Of a stretch of DNA of 64,000 bases, positions 1 through 10,184 are shown in pieces. This stretch comes from Berkelbacteria bacterium GW2011_GWE1_39_12. Lineage in GTDB: Bacteria > Patescibacteriota > UBA1384 > UBA12157. A program made the position numbers and the translations under genes. Position 1 is the first letter of the stretch, and each line of letters begins with the position of its first letter. Below the pieces are notes generated by a model, which did not search any database, had not been told where the DNA came from, and was given only the letters and a program-made list of their open reading frames with translations. Location of the stretch: the NCBI GenBank assembly GCA_001029735.1, contig CP011213.1:204087-268086 (forward strand), read 5' to 3'.

Positions 1-145
1 GACCTTAATTATCGATAATCAGGCGTTTGTTGGAAAACCTGCGACGAACAAAATTATAGAAATATTCGAAAGTTTCGCTTAGATAAGAATTGTTTCAAAA
101 ATTGTTACTTAAAAAACGAAAGGAGGGCTAAAAAAACATTATTAA

Positions 146-1264
146 ATGTACACAAACATGAATGATTCCGCTTTAAAAACACACAAAATAAACGCACATG
201 TAGATGGCAACGACATCGTTATCCTCAATAACGACGGTTGTTGCATTGCATCATCAAGCCATGAAAAAATTGGTTCTTTCATCGATTTTAATCCCGAAGA
301 ACAAAGCATAACTCAACTTATTATCGATAACCAAAAAAAGGCTTCCCTATCTTACAATTCAAAACAATTCAACAACAATGAAATTGAACTACTAAAAAAT
401 CTTGCCAAAGTTACTATTGAACAATATATCGGCAAGATTTTTTTGCCGACCACATCTATTGATCAGTTCGTGACTCAGATTTTAGAAAAACCATTATTAA
501 AAGAAGACATAGCTCTATTTAACGATCAGGCCCAGAGCTTTGGCTTAAATACAGAACTAAATCGAATCGCAATTTTAGTGGAAATAGAAAACTTTGCAGA
601 AGATATTTTAGACAGCGCTGATTCAAATTATAACCCTGATGAAATAATTAAGGATTGGAAAAACAAAATAAATAATTGTATTTGCGGTTTTTTTACCTTA
701 AAAACTGATATGTTTACCGCCTACACCGGACATGGTCGCTTTGTCGTGTTCAAAGAAATAAACACAAACATGGAAACCTTTACTAAATTAATGAAGAGCG
801 CCTACCTTTCAATTTTTGGACCAATCATAGAATCGGATAAAGATAATTTACATGTAGGTTTTTCCAACTGTCACAGAGGAATTGATGGCCTCAGGGAATC
901 TTATCAAGAGGCACTACAAGCTTTAACCTTGGGAAGAAAGTTCATTAGAAAGAAGGATCAAAGTTATTATTACGGCGATCTTGGAACATTAAGAATTCTT
1001 ACCGAAGAAGATGAAGGAAAGAAAAAATCGTTTGCGTTGGAAGTGTTAGAGCCTCTAGATAAAGAGGCTCTTCGTTTGACTTTAGAAACATTTTTTAACG
1101 AAGATATGGATATTAAAAAAACGGCCAGCAGGTTAAGAATCCATCCTAACACCGTAAACTATCGACTCGGCAAAATTGCGGAACATTTAGGCTTAGATCC
1201 TAAAATTTTTCGCCAAGCGTTTGAGCTACGGATTGCCCTACTTACGGATAGAATTTTTAATTAA
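146..1264 (+). CDS. PucR/CdaR-family transcriptional regulator (C-terminal HTH)
   Basis: C-terminal HTH ...KKTASRLRIHPNTVNYRLGKIAEHLGLDP typical of the PucR C-terminal domain. A bidirectional hairpin terminator follows at about 1283-1316. Confidence 0.55.
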   Translation: MYTNMNDSALKTHKINAHVDGNDIVILNNDGCCIASSSHEKIGSFIDFNPEEQSITQLIIDNQKKASLSYNSKQFNNNEIELLKNLAKVTIEQYIGKIFLPTTSIDQFVTQILEKPLLKEDIALFNDQAQSFGLNTELNRIAILVEIENFAEDILDSADSNYNPDEIIKDWKNKINNCICGFFTLKTDMFTAYTGHGRFVVFKEINTNMETFTKLMKSAYLSIFGPIIESDKDNLHVGFSNCHRGIDGLRESYQEALQALTLGRKFIRKKDQSYYYGDLGTLRILTEEDEGKKKSFALEVLEPLDKEALRLTLETFFNEDMDIKKTASRLRIHPNTVNYRLGKIAEHLGLDPKIFRQAFELRIALLTDRIFN

Positions 1265-1277
1265 TTATTTAGAAACA

Positions 1278-1316
1278 AAAATACGCCATTTCGCTCGGAT
1301 AAGGCGTATTTTTTAG
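1278..1316. terminator. bidirectional hairpin terminator
   Basis: AAAAATACGCC-N15-GGCGTATTTTTT. Confidence 0.6.
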
Positions 1317-1356
1317 ATATATTTAGTCTGAAACTCCGCGAGATTTATTAATTTTT

Positions 1357-2016
1357 TTATTTAGTAAACCGAAAAGTTGAAATCATCTGATCATAAACTT
1401 TTTGAACACCTTTATTGATTTCTTCGACACCAAAATTAGGTGTAACTATATCATATCTTTTATTACTATTCACTATTATCATAGATTTTTGCAAATAGTC
1501 CTGAATTTGGGCAGCTTTAACATTATCTACTATTGTCTCGGTTACAACTGGAGCCCCTACTGTCATATTGGCTTTTCTTTCGTTTGCCAATTCAAGCGCA
1601 GTCTTCGCTTGAACTTTATCATCTATGGCGATTACGATGGCATAGATGTCTGATTCTTCAATTGAATATGTTTTACCATTTTCTCTAAACTCAATCTGAC
1701 GAGGATTTGTACTGTTCACCAGCCAGTTGGCAGGATATTTAACCGAATATCCAAATGTTTTATCAGTATAGGTTTTCCAGTCGGCGGTGGTGGAAGTTGC
1801 AGCTGTTGTTGTTGTCGGCATAGTAGTTGTGGTTGGAGTCGTTGTTTCCGTCGTCGCCACTGTTTTTCCCGGACCGGATAGATAATACCAGGCGGCGAAG
1901 CCGGCGGCTAAAACGATAACAATGATTAGACTAATCCAAAGCCATTTGGAGACGGCTGGCTTGGATTGCATCCCCATGTTTGGTTCTTGATTCATGATAA
2001 TCCCTCCAGTAGACAC
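1357..2016 (-). CDS. membrane-anchored Thr/Pro-rich surface protein, WLWI-anchor family
   Basis: The N-terminal segment KPAVSKWLWISLIIVIVLAAGFAAWYYLSGPGK is shared with ORFs 10525-11562 and 11580-12881. A Thr-rich linker follows, and the C-terminal DWKTY..YGF..YP..W module recurs in the paralogs. Confidence 0.45.
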   Translation of the reverse strand: MSTGGIIMNQEPNMGMQSKPAVSKWLWISLIIVIVLAAGFAAWYYLSGPGKTVATTETTTPTTTTMPTTTTAATSTTADWKTYTDKTFGYSVKYPANWLVNSTNPRQIEFRENGKTYSIEESDIYAIVIAIDDKVQAKTALELANERKANMTVGAPVVTETIVDNVKAAQIQDYLQKSMIIVNSNKRYDIVTPNFGVEEINKGVQKVYDQMISTFRFTK

Positions 2017-2035
2017 ATAAAAGCGACTACATTAT

Positions 2036-2284
2036 TTAAACGAGTTTTTTTTCTAAACGAGTAATTCTTACTTCATGGCTATCAATATGAGAAATCACTG
2101 CCCGATTAATCTCTGCCGAGTCATTAATTTCCCGCGATAAAACAGATATGATTTCACCCTTTGCCTCATCAACTTTCTGATCGATCTTAAGTTCCAAACG
2201 CGATTCTAATCGCTGTTCGGAATCTTGAACGGTCGTTTTAACTATTTTTTCAAATTGTTTTAAATCATTCTCATTTAATGACAT
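2036..2284 (-). CDS. hypothetical small coiled-coil protein
   Basis: 82-aa charged heptad-like ORF in the operon with LemA. No recognisable domain. Confidence 0.3.
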   Translation of the reverse strand: MSLNENDLKQFEKIVKTTVQDSEQRLESRLELKIDQKVDEAKGEIISVLSREINDSAEINRAVISHIDSHEVRITRLEKKLV

Positions 2285-2291
2285 TACTCTC

Positions 2292-2846
2292 CTAAAACTT
2301 CACTTGAGGCAATTCTTTCTCTTCAGCTTTAGCTTCAAAAAGTTCGAAATCTTTAGATCCGGTCATACCAGCCACTAAGCTACTTGGGAATACTTGAATT
2401 TTTGTATTAAAGTCACGAACTTGACCATTGTAAAATCGACGAGCTGCTTCAATTTTGTTTTCTGTATCCGTTAACTCGTCCTGTAACTTTTGGAAATTTT
2501 CCGAAGATCGTAAGGTCGGATAACTTTCCGCCACGGCAAAAACAGATTTTAAAGCGCCTGATAAGACGTTTTCTTTTTCAGATGCATCTACCGGTCCTTT
2601 TGCATTGATCGCATTGGCGCGTGCTTCAGTTACTTTTTCAAAAACACCTGATTCCTGTTTGGCATAACCTTTTACAGTCTCCACCAAATTTGGAATCAAA
2701 TCATGACGTCTTTTCAATTGAACGTCTATATCTGACCAAGCCTCTTTGGTGCGATTTTTAGCGGTGATTATACTATTGTATACACCGATAAACCAAATCG
2801 CTGAAATTGCGATGACCGCCAAGATAATCCATAACCATATAGCCAT
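2292..2846 (-). CDS. lemA: LemA family protein
   Basis: N-terminal TM helix plus the ...SYPTLRSSENFQKLQDEL... motif characteristic of LemA. Confidence 0.75.
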   Translation of the reverse strand: MAIWLWIILAVIAISAIWFIGVYNSIITAKNRTKEAWSDIDVQLKRRHDLIPNLVETVKGYAKQESGVFEKVTEARANAINAKGPVDASEKENVLSGALKSVFAVAESYPTLRSSENFQKLQDELTDTENKIEAARRFYNGQVRDFNTKIQVFPSSLVAGMTGSKDFELFEAKAEEKELPQVKF

Positions 2847-2854
2847 ATTTTCTC

Positions 2855-3715
2855 CTATTGGCCTGCAGTGGCCGAACTACTCGCTGAAGTATCTGACGCT
2901 GTACTCGAGCTTGAAGACGACGTACCTGTCGCTGTGCCAGAAGTAGTCGTCGGAGTCGTTGTGGTACTCGGAGTAGTTTCTGTTGTATTAGTTAAATCGT
3001 TAGTTGTAGTAGTTGAACTTGGGGTGGTGGTTGTTGTGGTTGTCGGAGTTTCGACAGAAGTTTCAGTAACAGTGTAAATATTATTTGTTCCGGATAAAGT
3101 TCCAGACGTATCAGTCTTGTCCTCTAAAACTGCCGTCAAAGTAAAAGTTTCACCATCTGATTTATAGCCATAGTAGTTGGCTGGCGACAATGGATCAACT
3201 GGCAACTTTGCGATATAAGTGGGGATCAAGGCCGTTAAAGCCGAATTTGCATCTGAAGTTTTTTGAGGTACCGTGGCAACCGGATACGATTGATTAGCTT
3301 GGTAGTAACTTTTTAAAGCCGCTTTCAAACTAGCCAGATCAGCCTTTCTTTGTTTATCATTGACATTAGTTTTTGTTTCAGTAGTTACCGGTGTTGTAGT
3401 GGTTGTAGTAGTTTTTTTCCAAAACGCCAAGCTTCCTAAATTAATCCAGCCTTCCCAAGATGCAAAGACTAAAACTCCAATAAACAAAACAACAACTAGT
3501 ATTATAATCAGAGTCAAGCTGCTTTTACCCTTGGCTGGAGCCGGTTCCATTCCTGTAGGTTGAAATCCCGGTTGGGAACTCATAGGATCCATTTGTGGCT
3601 GTTGCTGAGGCGGAATTTGGCTCATCTGCGCTTGCTCAAATGGCACATTTTGTTGTGGTGCTGGTTGCTGCATCTGGTTCTGCGATGGGTCGTTTTGAAA
3701 AGGTTGATTCATCAT
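2855..3715 (-). CDS. GspG-like pseudopilin-domain membrane protein with Q/P-rich N-terminal extension and Thr/Ser-rich tail
   Basis: DKQRKADLASLKAALKSYYQANQSYP matches the conserved GspG/T2SSG region DKQKAVSDIVALENALDMYKLDNHHYP. About 60 aa of Q/P-rich sequence and one TM helix replace a classical G-FTLxE prepilin leader. The C-terminus is poly-Thr/Ser. Confidence 0.5.
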   Translation of the reverse strand: MMNQPFQNDPSQNQMQQPAPQQNVPFEQAQMSQIPPQQQPQMDPMSSQPGFQPTGMEPAPAKGKSSLTLIIILVVVLFIGVLVFASWEGWINLGSLAFWKKTTTTTTTPVTTETKTNVNDKQRKADLASLKAALKSYYQANQSYPVATVPQKTSDANSALTALIPTYIAKLPVDPLSPANYYGYKSDGETFTLTAVLEDKTDTSGTLSGTNNIYTVTETSVETPTTTTTTTPSSTTTTNDLTNTTETTPSTTTTPTTTSGTATGTSSSSSSTASDTSASSSATAGQ

Positions 3716-3832
3716 CCCTCCAATTAATAACTTATCTGAACAAAGTCCAGATTCTCCTTCTAAACTAATATAATAATATTATGGCTTTACTCGCAAATCG
3801 CGGAAATTAAATTCTATGATTTAATTATACTA

Positions 3833-4252
3833 CTATATATTTTTTATCTCAATTTGAATTTTTACAATTTCGTCGGCAATCGAAACCTCTAAGCTGTATT
3901 CACCAATTTCTTTATAGTGTTCTTTAAATAAGTTTTCGCTCAGCCCTGTTTCTTTCGCAAATTCTTTTGGTCCGATCGAACCGTACAAGTGACCATTTTT
4001 ATCTGCTTTGGTTAAAATTACGAATTTTTGCCCATTGATTCTCTGTGCCAATGCTCTTTGTTCTTCTATTTTCTCAGCTTCCTTTTTCTTTTTCGCCATC
4101 TTCTCTTCAGCCAATCCTTTCGCACTCGGATCACTTGGCAAAACCGCAATTTTTTTAGGTAACAAAAAATTTAGTGCAAAAGAATTTTTGACTTCTTTAA
4201 TTTCTCCAGCCTTGCCTAAATTTGCTACATCTTGTATTAAAAAGACTTTCAC
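3833..4252 (-). CDS. rplI: 50S ribosomal protein L9
   Basis: MKVFLIQDVANLGKAGEIKEVKNSFALNFLLPKKIAV is L9 N-domain consensus. Confidence 0.85.
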   Translation of the reverse strand: MKVFLIQDVANLGKAGEIKEVKNSFALNFLLPKKIAVLPSDPSAKGLAEEKMAKKKKEAEKIEEQRALAQRINGQKFVILTKADKNGHLYGSIGPKEFAKETGLSENLFKEHYKEIGEYSLEVSIADEIVKIQIEIKNI

Positions 4253-5457
4253 TTTTTTACCTCCTCGAGGGCACGATCTAGCTGTGGATCGTGACCCGCT
4301 TTAATATCATCTTCACTTATTATCACCTTAATATCTGGCTCTATTCCTTGCTTATCAATCGCCCGATCTTTCGGTGTAAACCAATGAGCAATGGTCACTC
4401 TTAAGGTTGAACCGTCTTTTAATTCTTCTAGGCCTTGGACAGAACCTTTGCCGAAAGTTTTTTCACCGATCAAAACTGAGTCATTAAGATCTTGTAACGC
4501 GCCGGCAGTAATTTCAGCTGCCGAAGCTGACCCACCATTAACCAAAACTATAACCTTGTAATCTTTCAAAATTGGGTCAAGGCTGGTTTTTTCTTCTGTA
4601 ACGTGTCCATTTTTATCTTTTTCCCGCACCACAACACTACCCTTTTTTACAAAAAAGCTTGTAACATCAACTGACGAATTTAAATAGCCGCCTGGGTTAC
4701 TGCGCAAGTCTAAAATTATCGCTTTTGGTTTTTTGTCGGCGATTTCTTTTGCCGCCTGCTGCATTAAAGGAGTAGTGTCGTCGCCAAACTGTCCAATTGA
4801 AATATAAGCAATATTATCATCTTTCATCTGCCAATTAACAGATTTTACTGTTATCTTTGCCCTGGTAATTTCGAATTCTTTTGAATCCGTCCAGCCCTTG
4901 CGCATAATTACTAATTTTACCTTTGTATTTTCGTCCCCACGAATCATACTGACAGCCTGATCAATAGTAAGAATGTTTGTGTCGGTACCGTTAATTTTTA
5001 ATATTTGATCTTGAGGTTTCAAGCCCGCTTTTTCTGCCGGAGACTCTGCAAGTGGAGCTACAATAGTAATAACATTATCTTTAACATCCAGCTGTGCTCC
5101 AATGCCAGAAAATTGTCCGGAAAGTTCGTCGCTAAAGGCTTTGGTTTCAGTTGGATCCATAAAGTATGTGTAGGGATCTCCGACTGCACCGACCATTCCT
5201 TTCATCGCGCCGTACAACATTTTTTGCGAATCGAAATTTCCCACATAACTACCGGTCACTTTGTTCCAGGTATCCCAAAAAAGGCTGAAATCTAGATCTC
5301 TCGGTTTATATAGTTCTTTATTAACAATTCTCGGCCTAAGAGTTCTTTCAAAAACTAAATTTTGATGCCCAATTAAATAACCAAAAAATCCAGCAACGAT
5401 GAAAATAGCAATACCGATCCCTATCTGAATACGTTTAATCCTGAGATTTTTCTTCAA
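4249..5457 (-). CDS. ctpA: S41 family C-terminal processing peptidase (PDZ-containing)
   Basis: PDZ segment (GIGAQL...ESPAEKAGLKPQDQILKINGTDT) and the S41 motif ILDLRSNPGGYL. N-terminal TM. Confidence 0.8.
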   Translation of the reverse strand: MKKNLRIKRIQIGIGIAIFIVAGFFGYLIGHQNLVFERTLRPRIVNKELYKPRDLDFSLFWDTWNKVTGSYVGNFDSQKMLYGAMKGMVGAVGDPYTYFMDPTETKAFSDELSGQFSGIGAQLDVKDNVITIVAPLAESPAEKAGLKPQDQILKINGTDTNILTIDQAVSMIRGDENTKVKLVIMRKGWTDSKEFEITRAKITVKSVNWQMKDDNIAYISIGQFGDDTTPLMQQAAKEIADKKPKAIILDLRSNPGGYLNSSVDVTSFFVKKGSVVVREKDKNGHVTEEKTSLDPILKDYKVIVLVNGGSASAAEITAGALQDLNDSVLIGEKTFGKGSVQGLEELKDGSTLRVTIAHWFTPKDRAIDKQGIEPDIKVIISEDDIKAGHDPQLDRALEEVKK

Positions 5458-5459
5458 AA

Positions 5460-6623
5460 TTAATCCTTCTGGTTATTAATTTTTTTAATTATTCCGCCAC
5501 CAACCATTTCGTGCTTGTGGTAAAAAACGATTGACTGACCAGGAGTGATAGCACGTTGGGGTTTTACGAAACTCACTTGGTATTCGCTGCCAACCTTTAT
5601 CGTTACACAATCTTCAATTGGATGGCCGTATCTTATTCTGCCGCCAACTTCTGCTTTTTCTTTCTTTGCAAATTCTGGGCTGATCCAATTAACGTCTTCA
5701 ACAATTAGATTTTTATGGAACAAATCCACATCTTCACCAACAACTAAGGCGTTTTTGCGGCTATCTAATTCTAACACATAGTAAGCATCCGGACCACCCA
5801 AACCGAGGTGCTCTCTTTGACCGATTGTGTAATTGATTAATCCGTCATGTTGACCGAGAACATTACCTTCTTTGTCTAAAATCGGTCCAGATTTAGCAAG
5901 CTTCTTACCGTGGCGACGCAAAAAGTCAGCTACATTACGGTCAGGAATAAAACAGATGCCTTGCGACTCACGCCGCTCGGCTGTCGGTAAATTCATTTTT
6001 CGAGCTAAATCCCTAACTTCAGGCTTTGCCAGATTACCAACCGGAAACAACATTTTAGCCAATTTTTCTTGAGTGAGTGTCCAGAGAAAATAAGATTGAT
6101 CCTTTTTTTCGTCTGAACCTTGATAAAAATGACAAATACCACCTTTTCTTTTTATCTGAGCATAATGGCCAGTGGCTAAGTAGTCTCCCCCCAAATCTAA
6201 AACTTTTTTTAGCAAAACCTCACCCTTAATATCGCGATTGCAAATCACGCAAGGGTTAGGAGTACGGCCCTCTTCGTACTCTTTAATATAATAATCTACC
6301 ACCGCTTTCTTAAATTCATTAGCGAAATTCACAACATAAAAGGGGATGCCCAATTTCTGCGCCACTGCTCTTGCAGCAGTCGCCGCATCTAATGAGCAAC
6401 AGATATTTTCACGTACTAGATCAGTTTTATCATTATCCTCTGTCCAGAATTTCATGAAAATACCAATGACTTCATAGCCTTGGTTTTTTAATAAAGCGGC
6501 AGCAACTGAACTATCAACTCCCCCGCTCATTGCGACAATTACACGTTTTTTCTTTTCGTCAGAAAACAAGGTTCCCTTATTTTTATTAGAAAACAAGCTT
6601 TGCTTATTTTTCATTTGAAGCAT
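5460..6623 (-). CDS. mnmA: tRNA-specific 2-thiouridylase MnmA
   Basis: PP-loop RVIVAMSGGVDSSVAAALL and conserved MnmA cysteines. Confidence 0.85.
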   Translation of the reverse strand: MLQMKNKQSLFSNKNKGTLFSDEKKKRVIVAMSGGVDSSVAAALLKNQGYEVIGIFMKFWTEDNDKTDLVRENICCSLDAATAARAVAQKLGIPFYVVNFANEFKKAVVDYYIKEYEEGRTPNPCVICNRDIKGEVLLKKVLDLGGDYLATGHYAQIKRKGGICHFYQGSDEKKDQSYFLWTLTQEKLAKMLFPVGNLAKPEVRDLARKMNLPTAERRESQGICFIPDRNVADFLRRHGKKLAKSGPILDKEGNVLGQHDGLINYTIGQREHLGLGGPDAYYVLELDSRKNALVVGEDVDLFHKNLIVEDVNWISPEFAKKEKAEVGGRIRYGHPIEDCVTIKVGSEYQVSFVKPQRAITPGQSIVFYHKHEMVGGGIIKKINNQKD

Positions 6624-7446
6624 CCACCAAATTTTTGAATAATTCTGCCACAGTTACCGGTCCGACTCCTCCTGGATTTGGCGTGAAACTTGCAACCTTT
6701 TCATAGACCTCGGGCGAAATATCGCCTACCATTTTTCCGCCAACTTCTGCGGTACCAGCATCGATTACGATAGCGTCTGGTTTCACCATATCTGGTTGGA
6801 TTAATCCCGGCACCCCTGTGGCTGAAATTAAAATATCCGCTAATAATGTTTTTTCTTTCAAGTTAGTAGTTTTAGAGTCGCAAATACTGGCGGTAATATG
6901 TCGCTTCAGAAGTAATCTTTCTAAAGGCTGGCCGACCAAACGGCCATGTCCAATAATTACAAATTTTTTACCTTCGAGATCAATTTTATAAAAATTTAAA
7001 ATATCCAAAATAGCTTGCGCTGTCGGAGCCGGAAATTCACCTATCCCTTGATAAGCGAAACCATCTGTGTCTTTCTTGGGATTGATCAAACCAATTATTT
7101 TTTCAGTCTCCATCCCCTCTGGGAGCGGTAATTGCACAACAATACCGTTTACGTATTTATTTTCATTTAATTCGGAAATAATTTTTTCAACACTTTCCTG
7201 GGAAGAAAATTCAGGCAAGTGATATAACTTAAAACCAATGTTTAATTTTTCTGCGATTTTTTCCTTCAGCTTGACATACGCCAAACTAGCCGGGTTTTCT
7301 CCGACTAAAACGATTGCCAAAAAGGGCCTATCCTTTAAGCCCTCCATTTCCTTTTGCATAGTTTCATAAATTTTTTCTGCTACCGGTTTGCCATATAAAA
7401 TCATTTTTATATTTTCCTCTAGAAAATTCCGCGGCATGCACAGCAT
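6604..7446 (-). CDS. folD: bifunctional methylene-THF dehydrogenase/cyclohydrolase FolD (true start probably about 7404 at MILYGKP)
   Basis: ILYGKPVAEKIYETMQKEMEGL...AIVLVGENPASLAYVKLK. The annotated 5' extension overlaps the upstream gene and covers a CGCGGAATTTTC motif. Confidence 0.85.
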   Translation of the reverse strand: MLCMPRNFLEENIKMILYGKPVAEKIYETMQKEMEGLKDRPFLAIVLVGENPASLAYVKLKEKIAEKLNIGFKLYHLPEFSSQESVEKIISELNENKYVNGIVVQLPLPEGMETEKIIGLINPKKDTDGFAYQGIGEFPAPTAQAILDILNFYKIDLEGKKFVIIGHGRLVGQPLERLLLKRHITASICDSKTTNLKEKTLLADILISATGVPGLIQPDMVKPDAIVIDAGTAEVGGKMVGDISPEVYEKVASFTPNPGGVGPVTVAELFKNLVDASNEK

Positions 7447-7448
7447 GA

Positions 7449-8402
7449 CTACCTCGCAAAAATCTGTGTCACCATTATACCATGATCTTTTGTTTCTATC
7501 ACCCCCACTCCCATTTTAGTGAAGCTAGGGTCTAAAATATTGGCTTTATGCTTTGGACTATTCATTAAGCCAATTTGTGCCAAATCGATCGTCGGTGCCA
7601 AAGCGATGTTTTCAGCAGCTGCGATATATTCTACATGTGCGTTATTTAGTCGATCTAAAAGAACTTCACCAGTCGGGGATTCGTGGGCAAAATAGCCTCT
7701 GATTAACATGTCACGACTTTTAACTCTTGCCACATTTCGAATTAAGATATCTTCCGCTAAAGGCACTAGACCTTCTTTGGCCCTTTCCAAATTCACCATT
7801 GCAAACATTTGCTTTTCAGAGTCACCATCGATAGCTGTATCTGTTGTCGTAAAATCCAATTTAGATGTTTGATCCAAAACAGGATTGGAGGTTAAGTATC
7901 CAACCGTTCCATTTACACCGGCGAAAACCGTTTCTACCTGCGCTTCAATTCTTGCCGTCTGATGGATTAAATATCCGCCGATTAACGATTTTGAAATAGT
8001 TGATTTTAATCCACCCCAGATCGGCATAATCATAAAAAGAATTAGCAAAACGGCGATAAAAACTATTCCCTTTAACGCCGCTGGAAACAAACCGAAATAA
8101 TGGTTTGGCGCCGACTCTTTCAATTTGGACGGAGTGTAGTAAGAAAGATATTTGCCGATAATGTAGAAAAACATTTGAGATAAAAACCAGATGGTCAAGA
8201 AGCTAACTGGCCTGGTATATGAATCTGAAAAATGAATATCTTTTAACAATTGTTCTAAATTCGGATAAAATTTTAAAGCAAAAGCAAATGCAAACAGCAG
8301 GCCGGCAAATTCCCAAGCCAACCTTAAAAAACCCCGTCTGTAACCATCCCAGACGTATATAACAAAAACCGTGATGATAATAAAATCAATCCAATTAGGC
8401 AT
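7449..8402 (-). CDS. polytopic membrane protein with C-terminal CAP/SCP (YkwD-like) domain
   Basis: Multiple N-terminal TM helices. C-terminal GYFAHESPTGEVLLDRLNNAHVEYIAAAENIA resembles the CAP domain. Confidence 0.5.
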   Translation of the reverse strand: MPNWIDFIIITVFVIYVWDGYRRGFLRLAWEFAGLLFAFAFALKFYPNLEQLLKDIHFSDSYTRPVSFLTIWFLSQMFFYIIGKYLSYYTPSKLKESAPNHYFGLFPAALKGIVFIAVLLILFMIMPIWGGLKSTISKSLIGGYLIHQTARIEAQVETVFAGVNGTVGYLTSNPVLDQTSKLDFTTTDTAIDGDSEKQMFAMVNLERAKEGLVPLAEDILIRNVARVKSRDMLIRGYFAHESPTGEVLLDRLNNAHVEYIAAAENIALAPTIDLAQIGLMNSPKHKANILDPSFTKMGVGVIETKDHGIMVTQIFAR

Positions 8403-8469
8403 TCTACCTACATTTTATAATTTTTAAAAATTTTTGTCTTTAATTTTTAAAAATTTCCGCGAATTAAGA

Positions 8470-8898
8470 TTATATCTTAATTCTACCTTTTTTTTTAACT
8501 TCTAAATAGTCGTTAATAGCTTTTTCCAGTGCTTCTTCAGCTAAAACAGAACAATGACGTTTAACTGGCGGCAATCCTCCCAGCGCCTCAATAATCGCTT
8601 GGTTAGAAACTTTCTTTGCTTCCTCGATTGTTTTGCCTATTATGAGATCGGTTAACATTGAAGAAGTAGCGATGGCAGCGCCACAACCGAAAGTTTGAAA
8701 TTTGGCATCGGTAATTATTTCCTTGCCTCCATCAGCTGACGGACTTTTTTCCACTTTTATTTGCAGTTCCATCAAGTCACCACAAACTGGGTTTCCCACT
8801 CTCCCTTTACCGGAGCAGTCTTCAACTTTTCCCATATTGTGCGGATGCTGAAAATGATCCATCACTTTTTCTGAATATAATTTAGAAATATCTGACAT
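8470..8898 (-). CDS. iscU: Fe-S cluster assembly scaffold IscU/NifU
   Basis: Conserved cysteines: GNPVCGDLMEL, FQTFGCGAAIA and the C-terminal HCS. Confidence 0.8.
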   Translation of the reverse strand: MSDISKLYSEKVMDHFQHPHNMGKVEDCSGKGRVGNPVCGDLMELQIKVEKSPSADGGKEIITDAKFQTFGCGAAIATSSMLTDLIIGKTIEEAKKVSNQAIIEALGGLPPVKRHCSVLAEEALEKAINDYLEVKKKGRIKI

Positions 8899-8909
8899 GT
8901 TTCCCTTTC

Positions 8910-10184
8910 TTACTTTTCTGGAACCAACGGACTCATCGCCCGAAGTTTTTCGACGATTTCTTTAATTTTTTCGACTGAGTAATCAATTTCTTCATTGGTT
9001 GTTTTTTCACCAATCGTAAAGCGAATAGAACCGTGAGCGCGTTCCGGATTATCGTAAACCGAAACCAAAACATGAGATGGCTCCAACGATTGAGAAGTGC
9101 AAGCCGAACCAGAAGAAGCGGCAATACCGACTAAGTCTAGGTTCAATAGAATCGATTCACCTTCAATATACTTAAAATAGAAATTAATGTTATTCGGGCT
9201 TCGAAGCTCCCTTGAACCGTTTAATTCTATATCAGAAATTTCTTTTTCTATTTTTTCGATAAAGTAGTTTCGCATCTTATTAACCGCCTCAACTTTTTCT
9301 GCCTTATTTTCTTGCAAAATTTCAATTGCTTTAGCAATCGCTGCAATTCCTGCGACATTTTCCGTGCCGGCTCGCAAATTCATTTCTTGTTCACCGCCAA
9401 AAATCATTTTCTGAAAAGGGAGATTTTCTTTTTTATATAAAACACCGACACCTTTCGGCGCACCGATTTTGTGTCCCGAAAAGGACAATAGATCGACATG
9501 CAGATATTCAACATTCATTTCTTGGTATTCAGTCGCCTGTACTGCATCGGTATGAAAATAAATTCTGGTTTCACGAATTGTCCGCTTGCGATTTTCCGAT
9601 TCAATCATCTTGCCGATTTCGCGAATTGGCTGAACGGCGCCGATTTCATTATTCACATACATTATTGAAACTAAAGCCGTATTTTCCTTGATCGCTTCCT
9701 TAACCTTATTTTGATCGATAATACCGTCAAGATTTGGCTTTAAATAGGTGACTTCGGCTAAACCGTTTTTTTCTAAATACTGACAAGTGCGCAAAACCGC
9801 ATGATGCTCAATCTGAGAAGTGATTATATGCATTGGCGCAGCTTCTTTCTTTAATCTCGCGCCCAAACCGATAATGATGCCGCGAATGGCCATGTTGTCC
9901 GACTCAGTCCCGCCCGAAGTAAAAATAATCTCCTTTTCTTTGACGTTCAAAAATTTAGCGATTAAGCGTCTGGAATCATCAACAGCTTGACGTGATTCCT
10001 GTCCCCAGGAATGCAAGCTTGAAGGATTGCCGAATTTTTCCGTTAAATATGGCAACATCGCATCTAAAACTTCTTTTTTGACAGGAGAAGTCGCTGCATA
10101 GTCTAAATAAACTTGCTTATCCAAGGACATTATTCCCCCGCTTTCTGTGCGATCTTTCTTAAATCGGCGATGCACCTGTGGCAT
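8910..10184 (-). CDS. nifS: cysteine desulfurase NifS/IscS (probable true start about 10130 at MSLDKQVYLDYAATSP)
   Basis: PLP-lysine motif SFSGHKIGAPKGVGVLY and class V aminotransferase fold. Confidence 0.85.
   Translation of the reverse strand: MPQVHRRFKKDRTESGGIMSLDKQVYLDYAATSPVKKEVLDAMLPYLTEKFGNPSSLHSWGQESRQAVDDSRRLIAKFLNVKEKEIIFTSGGTESDNMAIRGIIIGLGARLKKEAAPMHIITSQIEHHAVLRTCQYLEKNGLAEVTYLKPNLDGIIDQNKVKEAIKENTALVSIMYVNNEIGAVQPIREIGKMIESENRKRTIRETRIYFHTDAVQATEYQEMNVEYLHVDLLSFSGHKIGAPKGVGVLYKKENLPFQKMIFGGEQEMNLRAGTENVAGIAAIAKAIEILQENKAEKVEAVNKMRNYFIEKIEKEISDIELNGSRELRSPNNINFYFKYIEGESILLNLDLVGIAASSGSACTSQSLEPSHVLVSVYDNPERAHGSIRFTIGEKTTNEEIDYSVEKIKEIVEKLRAMSPLVPEK

Noticed and set aside
2868-3563. 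Plus-strand ORFs 2868-3077 and 3360-3563 (poly-Val proteins), and similar opposite-strand ORFs (8933-9124, 5005-5295, 22918-23380, 47264-47692, etc.)
   Set aside because: They are antisense shadows of low-complexity Thr-rich or ordinary coding regions on the other strand, with no RBS and no recognisable fold.
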